Below are positions 58,811-64,000 of a stretch of DNA of 64,000 nt, piece by piece. The stretch is from Candidatus Latescibacterota bacterium (GTDB taxonomy: Bacteria > Latescibacterota > UBA2968 > UBA8231): assembly GCA_965242865.1 (NCBI GenBank), contig CBDETK010000013.1, positions 2,176,001 to 2,240,000 on the forward strand, in the 5' to 3' direction. Every line of letters starts with the position of its first letter. Position 1 is the stretch's first letter. The notes under the pieces were generated by a model that did no database searches, had not been told where the DNA came from, and was given only the letters and a program-made list of their open reading frames with translations. A program made the position numbers and the translations under genes.

Positions 58811-59779
58811 TTACCGTGCGACCGAAGCCTTGATATGGCCCCAGCTATCGTGCTCAACCGAAGACTCGGGCGCGTAATTTGCGAGCGCGTCTTCGTCGAG
58901 CGGCAGCAAGACAAAGTCGGAAAACGAACTGGCGTTGCCAAAGATGTCGGACTGGCCGCCCAACGTCCATTTGGCTGTCCACGGGTTCCGGTCTTCGGCG
59001 TCTTCCGGGCCGTTGTCGTTATCGACGACCTGCAAACCCGCGCCGACGATTTCCAACTCGACGAAGTCGTGCTGCTCGCTCAGCTCGGGGCCCTGCCAGT
59101 TGAAGTCGTCCCAGCCAATGGTGTACCACTCGGCTTGGAAATTGGCCTCAGCACCGTGGACGCCGTCGAGGTTGAAGGAGTCGCTGCAGCACTGATACGG
59201 CTCGTCGCCGTGCCAAGTTGAGCTAGACATCCAAAACCAGCTCCAGCCATTGGGATCGCTGCCAGAGGTGATGGGCGGCCAGCGGTAGTGCGAGGTCTGG
59301 GTCTGGCCGCCGGTGAAGAGCTTGCTCTCTTCTTCGGTCAAGTCGCCAGAAATGCCAGCACCGCCAGCGTGGAACCAGCCACCGGAGTGGTCGGAGTCCA
59401 AACCGATCTCAATGGAATCGTCTTGGCCGCAGCAGCCAATGCCGCCGGCATCGCGATCCCAAACGTTGTCAAAGCGGTCGAAGACATAGTAGATGCGATC
59501 CAGCTCGTCGTTCCAGCCCATGGCAAAGCGGAAGAACAGATTGGAGCGGTCTTTTTCGCGCCCGACGTCGCCTTCACCGACGATGATGTCGGGATCATCG
59601 CTGTCGAGCCACACCTCGGCCGGCAAAATATCCCACTCGGAGATGTCGCCGTCGAGGACGGGCAGTTTGTCGGTCGGCCACTGGAAGGCGCCAAAGACCC
59701 TCCCTTCGGGAATGTGGGCGAAGGCAGACGAACTGACCAAACCCATAATAGCAGCCAACGCCGCAATTTTCTTGCTCAT
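58811..59779 (-). CDS. Secreted acidic CBM9/DOMON-like protein with C-terminal SWGHIK motif
   Basis: Signal peptide; PVLDGDISEW, MGWN...RIYY, EIGLDSDHSGG; ends VEHDSWGHIKASVAR. Confidence 0.7.
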   Translation of the reverse strand: MSKKIAALAAIMGLVSSSAFAHIPEGRVFGAFQWPTDKLPVLDGDISEWDILPAEVWLDSDDPDIIVGEGDVGREKDRSNLFFRFAMGWNDELDRIYYVFDRFDNVWDRDAGGIGCCGQDDSIEIGLDSDHSGGWFHAGGAGISGDLTEEESKLFTGGQTQTSHYRWPPITSGSDPNGWSWFWMSSSTWHGDEPYQCCSDSFNLDGVHGAEANFQAEWYTIGWDDFNWQGPELSEQHDFVELEIVGAGLQVVDNDNGPEDAEDRNPWTAKWTLGGQSDIFGNASSFSDFVLLPLDEDALANYAPESSVEHDSWGHIKASVAR

Positions 59780-59857
59780 GCTACAACCCCCTATGTTGGT
59801 TGAATGAGTGATAAAAAACGCCCCGTATTGCAGGACGCATGAGGCGGAAGTGTCTCA

Positions 59858-59886
59858 ATTCAATAGTGAAATACCTTTTTTGTCAA
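59858..59886 (-). promoter_or_regulatory. Possible sigma70 promoter
   Basis: Minus strand TTGACA-N17-TTGAAT in an AT-rich intergenic region. Confidence 0.4.
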
Positions 59887-59908
59887 GTATTTTCTCTTGC
59901 TCACTTGC

Positions 59909-61651
59909 TCAGGAATCCCCCTTGAGCGGCGTCCCGGTGGCCCAAGGCATGGCACTCAGGCTCAAATCCTTCCGCTGGGCCGCGGCCTGCAAGTGGCGCG
60001 CCCGATTCCAGTGCCTTTTTGCGAGGGGCTGATTGCCCATTTTTTGGTAGGTCTGCGCGAGGGCCAAGTGGGCGCGGTCGTAGCCCGCGTCTAGGGCCAC
60101 CGCGCTCTCAAACGCGCCAATGGCCTCCCCGAGCCGGTCCATTTTTGCGTATTCCACCCCCAGATTGAAATGGGCTTGCGCCAATTCGGGATCGAGCGCG
60201 ATGGCCCGTTGGTGCAGGCCGATGGCCGCCTTCAAATCGCCTTGGCGCGAATGGGCGATCCCCAAGTGCGTATAGGCTTGAGCGTAGGTAGAATCCGCGC
60301 CAATGGCCTGTTGGTGGGCGGCGATGCCGCGGTCGAAATCCCCTCGGCGGCTATAGGCTATTCCCAAGTCGTCGTGGGCTTTGGCCACGCTCGGCGCCAG
60401 CCGGGACAAGTATTCCTTGGCGCGGACATCCGACAGCGAATACCGAGCGTCGCTCCAAGCCAAGAAGAGGATGGGGACCCCAAAGTACAGCACCTGCTTG
60501 CCGGTCTCGAACCCGTATAGGAGCACCGGCCACCGCGCCCGCGCATTCTGCCAGCGCGTCGCCAGCGCGGCCCAACTGCGGCGCGGCAGCACTTCCTCAG
60601 CGGAATCGTCGGGTATCAAATTCCGCCGGATCTCTTTCTTGCCGACCTTCCACATGAAGCCGTCGTAGTAGTAGTGCATAAAGGCCGAGGTGGCGATGAG
60701 CACCTTGACTATATCGTAGATCAGGAAATTTTGGGTCGCCCGCGCCAGAGCCTCGATGCCGCCGTATGCCAGTATCAGCACTAGGTAAAACAGGACGATC
60801 CGCAAGCGCCCGTCGGCGAACAGGAAGCGAAAGAAGGACCGCCCCAAGTCGCGCGACCGCCGGAGCACCCCGTGATTGTAGATCCACACGATGGCAAAGT
60901 ACTGAATGTCGTGGGCCAGCGCGGTGATCGCGTAGCCCAAGATGACGTCTTCGAGCACGATGTACGCGTAATAGACCGTGGCAAACGTCGTGGCCGAAAT
61001 CGCCAGCTTGGGCCAGACGATGGGCGCCCCGCGCCGCCTTTCGACGACCATGTTGACCACGTAAATCGCCGACAAGGCCAAGGCCAAGTACAACAGGGCA
61101 TCCCGCAGTGAGAACACGTATTCGGGTTTGATATAGGTGTACAGCCCAAAGCCGTAGCGGTGGCAGCGCTCTAAAAAATTGATCAGATAGTGGGGGCTCG
61201 CCGCGATCACATAGCCGAACCAGACGGCCGTCAGCCACCAGTCCAGCCGTGCACTCAACGGCGAGGGCCGACGTCGCTTGACCTCGTAGATCCGCATGAA
61301 GCCGTAGTGCTGCATGAAGAAGTGCCACATGTCCCACAGGGCCAAGAAGATGAAAAACCCGAGGTGGCCGTTGAACACGCTCCAACTGACAAAGGAGGCG
61401 ATGACCAGCGGAGCGACGATGAAGCGGGCCTTGTAGCGACCAAACAGCTCGCGCTCGCCATAGGCGCGCAGCAGCCCGGGCAGGTGGTGCCCCACCGCAA
61501 AAAAGGCCAGCACAAAGAGGGCAATGTCCGCTGAGGTGAAGTAGTTGGCGGCGAGCAGCAGCGCCGCGAGTGAGAGCAGGGGGGTGCCGATGAAAAACAA
61601 AAAATCCCAGCGGCGGCTAATGATCCAGCCCTGCGGTGCAGCCGTCGTCAT
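59909..61651 (-). CDS. His-rich polytopic membrane protein with C-terminal TPR repeats
   Basis: GHH, WHFFMQHYG, AHDIQY, HYYYDG; TPRs AHDDLG.AY, AYTHLG.AH, AHFNLG. Confidence 0.78.
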   Translation of the reverse strand: MTTAAPQGWIISRRWDFLFFIGTPLLSLAALLLAANYFTSADIALFVLAFFAVGHHLPGLLRAYGERELFGRYKARFIVAPLVIASFVSWSVFNGHLGFFIFLALWDMWHFFMQHYGFMRIYEVKRRRPSPLSARLDWWLTAVWFGYVIAASPHYLINFLERCHRYGFGLYTYIKPEYVFSLRDALLYLALALSAIYVVNMVVERRRGAPIVWPKLAISATTFATVYYAYIVLEDVILGYAITALAHDIQYFAIVWIYNHGVLRRSRDLGRSFFRFLFADGRLRIVLFYLVLILAYGGIEALARATQNFLIYDIVKVLIATSAFMHYYYDGFMWKVGKKEIRRNLIPDDSAEEVLPRRSWAALATRWQNARARWPVLLYGFETGKQVLYFGVPILFLAWSDARYSLSDVRAKEYLSRLAPSVAKAHDDLGIAYSRRGDFDRGIAAHQQAIGADSTYAQAYTHLGIAHSRQGDLKAAIGLHQRAIALDPELAQAHFNLGVEYAKMDRLGEAIGAFESAVALDAGYDRAHLALAQTYQKMGNQPLAKRHWNRARHLQAAAQRKDLSLSAMPWATGTPLKGDS

Positions 61652-61663
61652 CGATCCCCGCTC

Positions 61664-64000
61664 CTACAATCCGGCAAATACCGAAAGGAACACGAGGCCC
61701 GAGGTCTTCCGCTCTGCATCCCCGCCTTTAATCTCCAGCGACCGCCGATCAAACCGCACCCCGAGCTGAGTGGTCAGGTCGTACCCGGCATAGGCGCGCG
61801 TGCTCGTCAGTTGGCAGGCCAAAACCGTGCCGCGAAAGTCGCCGGTCCGCTCTTGGGCCGCCAGAGGGCCTTCGTCGGTTTCGAGGTCGTAGAAGTAGCG
61901 TCCTTCAATTCCGAGCTGGACGTGCGAGCTGTGGAGAATCGGGAAATTCGCCAGCACCATGTAGAGCACATCGTAGCTGCGTTCCCGTTGCGCGCTGCGG
62001 CTGAAGGGCACGCGGCGCAGAAATTCGCTCTTAATGCGCGGGGAAATGGCGATTGACTTCCAAGAGAACGCATAGGAGACCTTGTCGATCAACCCGACAA
62101 AACTCGACGTCTCGCGCCCGTTGCGGCCTTCGGGACCCAAGGGATCGAAAGCCACCACGGACGCCCCGGCGTCGTCCCGGGCCCATATCACCTCGGCCCC
62201 TCGCTGCTTCCACACCTCCAATTTGAAGCGGTGGCGGGTGCTCCAGCCCCTCGGGCTGTCGTACTCCCAGTCCGAGTACAAGGTGTTGATCCACGTATTC
62301 TCGGCCGCCAGCAGGTCGGGCACGGGCACGTTGCTGCCAGCCGTCTCGCTGAATTGGCCGAACTCGGCGCGCGGCACGATCCACTGCACGAGGGGATCCT
62401 CAATGTTGTCTTCGGCCCGCCGCACCATGTCGAACAGCCGCCAGCGACCGAGGGTGGGGTGGGTCTTGGCAAAGGCAATGATTCCGTAGAAGGTATCGTT
62501 GTCGCGCGCGGCTTGGTGCATGGCTTGGCGCAGGCGGCCCACCGTGAGGCGGATTGCGGGGTTGACTTGGACGCTGGTGTAAAAATTGTAGCCCCAGTGG
62601 TCTTTCTTGTAGGGATAATCCGGCTCGTCGTCGTTTTCAAAGCGATCGACCCAGCCGTTGTTGTTCAAATCAATGCCAAAGAGAAACTCGGGCCGGTCCA
62701 CCTCGTAGCGGAGAAAAGGCTCTTCGTAGTCTGGAAAGAAGTTTTGCCGCTCGCCGTTGCTGTTTTGGTTGAAGTCGGAAATAAAGTCTCCGTTTTCGTC
62801 GTACCCGGGAAAAACCGCTGGATCGGCCACGCCATTGGCCCGCACCCGGAAAGTCTGCCCCGGAATGGGGATCAAACTGCCCTGAAAGCGGCGCAACTGA
62901 TCGGGGTGCCGGTCGTTGTCGTCGTTGTCATCGACAAAGTCGTAGGACTGGATGATGGCTTCGGGCGAATAGTCAACCAAGCCGCGGCCATCCACGGGCC
63001 GCACGTTGGTGCTGTACCCGTCGTCCATGCCAAACCCTTCGAGAAAAAATTGCCACGGGCCAATCGCCCGCGCCACGTTGACCATGTACGCCATGTCGTG
63101 CCGGTCGCCGACAATGCCGGCAATGGCCGCGTGTTTCTTTAGAGTCGTCGTGGGGTACTTGCGATACTGGGTGCTGATGTTGAGCTCGCCGTAGAAGTCG
63201 AACCCGTACCAATCGCGCATTTCAGCGGTGACGCCGTAGAGCTGACTCGCGGTGGGCAGCCCGTAGTCAAAGGCCACCTCTTGCTGGTTGAGGCGGTTTT
63301 TGATGTTGCCGGCCGCGCGCGCAACCGGCAGAAATTGCGGCTGATCCACCGGATTGGTCTGCCGGTCGGACGCGACCTCTACCCGGTAATCGTTGGCCAG
63401 CACCAGCCGGAAGCGCACCTTCTTGATCGCGGTCACCGCATCTTCGGCCTCGGCCGAGCTCAGCCCCAAGCTCTGCTGCAATAGCAGGCGCAACGTCCCG
63501 ACCTCGTCTTCCCCATCTTCGGCCGCCAGCGGGTATTTGAGCGTTATGCGCTCCGGACCATCGGCGGTGAGGAAGCCGTCGCGCACCTTGCCTCCTTCGC
63601 GCAACGGGCGGTAGCCGATGCTGCTGCCGGTGATGACCGTGTCCCGCGGCACCAAAGCCACGCTATCGCCCGCAGCCACCGCGCGCATCAAGGTCGTCGT
63701 GATCTCCACGTCGTCGCTGAAGAGCACGGCCCCGCCCTCGCCGTCTTCGGGCGAATCGTCGGACAGGCGCACCACGAGCAATTCGAGACGCCGGTCTAGC
63801 TGGCCCGAGGTCAGCAACCCGGTAAAGGGGCTTTCCTGAAAGCTCTCCAAGGCCCCGTTGTTGCTGTGGGAATTGACAAAGGTCGCGCCCAAGGTCAGAT
63901 GATCGCCGACATCGGCCTCAAGGCGCAGGGCCGATAGATTGGTCGCGTTTTCTAGCTGCCGGGTGGGAAAATCCGCGCTGATGTCGATGATCGGCGACGA
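61664..64000 (-). CDS. Large probable outer-membrane beta-barrel protein, 5'-truncated by window edge
   Basis: Frame is open to base 64000; Dx[DN]xDG-like loops (DENGD, DLNNNG); alternating strands ending LVFLSVFAGL. Confidence 0.65.
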   Translation of the reverse strand, partial: SSPIIDISADFPTRQLENATNLSALRLEADVGDHLTLGATFVNSHSNNGALESFQESPFTGLLTSGQLDRRLELLVVRLSDDSPEDGEGGAVLFSDDVEITTTLMRAVAAGDSVALVPRDTVITGSSIGYRPLREGGKVRDGFLTADGPERITLKYPLAAEDGEDEVGTLRLLLQQSLGLSSAEAEDAVTAIKKVRFRLVLANDYRVEVASDRQTNPVDQPQFLPVARAAGNIKNRLNQQEVAFDYGLPTASQLYGVTAEMRDWYGFDFYGELNISTQYRKYPTTTLKKHAAIAGIVGDRHDMAYMVNVARAIGPWQFFLEGFGMDDGYSTNVRPVDGRGLVDYSPEAIIQSYDFVDDNDDNDRHPDQLRRFQGSLIPIPGQTFRVRANGVADPAVFPGYDENGDFISDFNQNSNGERQNFFPDYEEPFLRYEVDRPEFLFGIDLNNNGWVDRFENDDEPDYPYKKDHWGYNFYTSVQVNPAIRLTVGRLRQAMHQAARDNDTFYGIIAFAKTHPTLGRWRLFDMVRRAEDNIEDPLVQWIVPRAEFGQFSETAGSNVPVPDLLAAENTWINTLYSDWEYDSPRGWSTRHRFKLEVWKQRGAEVIWARDDAGASVVAFDPLGPEGRNGRETSSFVGLIDKVSYAFSWKSIAISPRIKSEFLRRVPFSRSAQRERSYDVLYMVLANFPILHSSHVQLGIEGRYFYDLETDEGPLAAQERTGDFRGTVLACQLTSTRAYAGYDLTTQLGVRFDRRSLEIKGGDAERKTSGLVFLSVFAGL

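Noticed and set aside
1-64000. Numerous antisense or alternate-frame ORFs; prophage, tRNA or rRNA genes
   Set aside because: Shadow ORFs are expected in high-GC DNA and lack motifs; no phage structural genes, integrase or structural RNA signatures were recognised.

Overview
GC-rich bacterial window from a diderm organism. The Bacteroidetes-style sigma-70 region 2.4 (FISYAVWWIRQ), arrays of secreted FlgD/CHU_C-domain proteins and a C-terminal SWGxIK motif suggest an FCB-group lineage such as Ca. Latescibacterota; this is inference, as no marker gene was checked. Core genes: a partial sigma-70 gene, a sigma54/NifA-like-amtB-PII-porin nitrogen module, def, fused indolepyruvate oxidoreductase, rpiA, a TRAP transporter, an MltF-like protein and a sugar ABC transporter. 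Accessory units: (i) a PaeR7I/XhoI-like type II RM pair; (ii) a solitary OLD/AAA_15-TOPRIM-like ATPase; (iii) an 8-gene, tightly coupled, compositionally mosaic tailoring operon at 23.5-32.6 kb (double GT2, sulfotransferase, M20 hydrolase, two PhyH dioxygenases, NAT-fold acyltransferase, LOG-NodB fusion, epimerase) with no recognisable scaffold synthase; (iv) a 1704-aa STAND-like ATPase with a coupled partner, plus a second AAA ATPase, inserted between the ABC operon genes; (v) an SNF2 helicase and actin/Hsp70-fold protein pair bracketed by two related MITEs; (vi) a 15-kb surface-protein locus with a probable beta-barrel, a His-rich membrane-TPR protein, two CBM9-like proteins and four discoidin-FlgD paralogs, two of which share a near-identical 1.25-kb 3' module. 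No rRNA, tRNA, CRISPR array, integrase or transposase gene was seen. All calls come from motif reading only; no searches were run.
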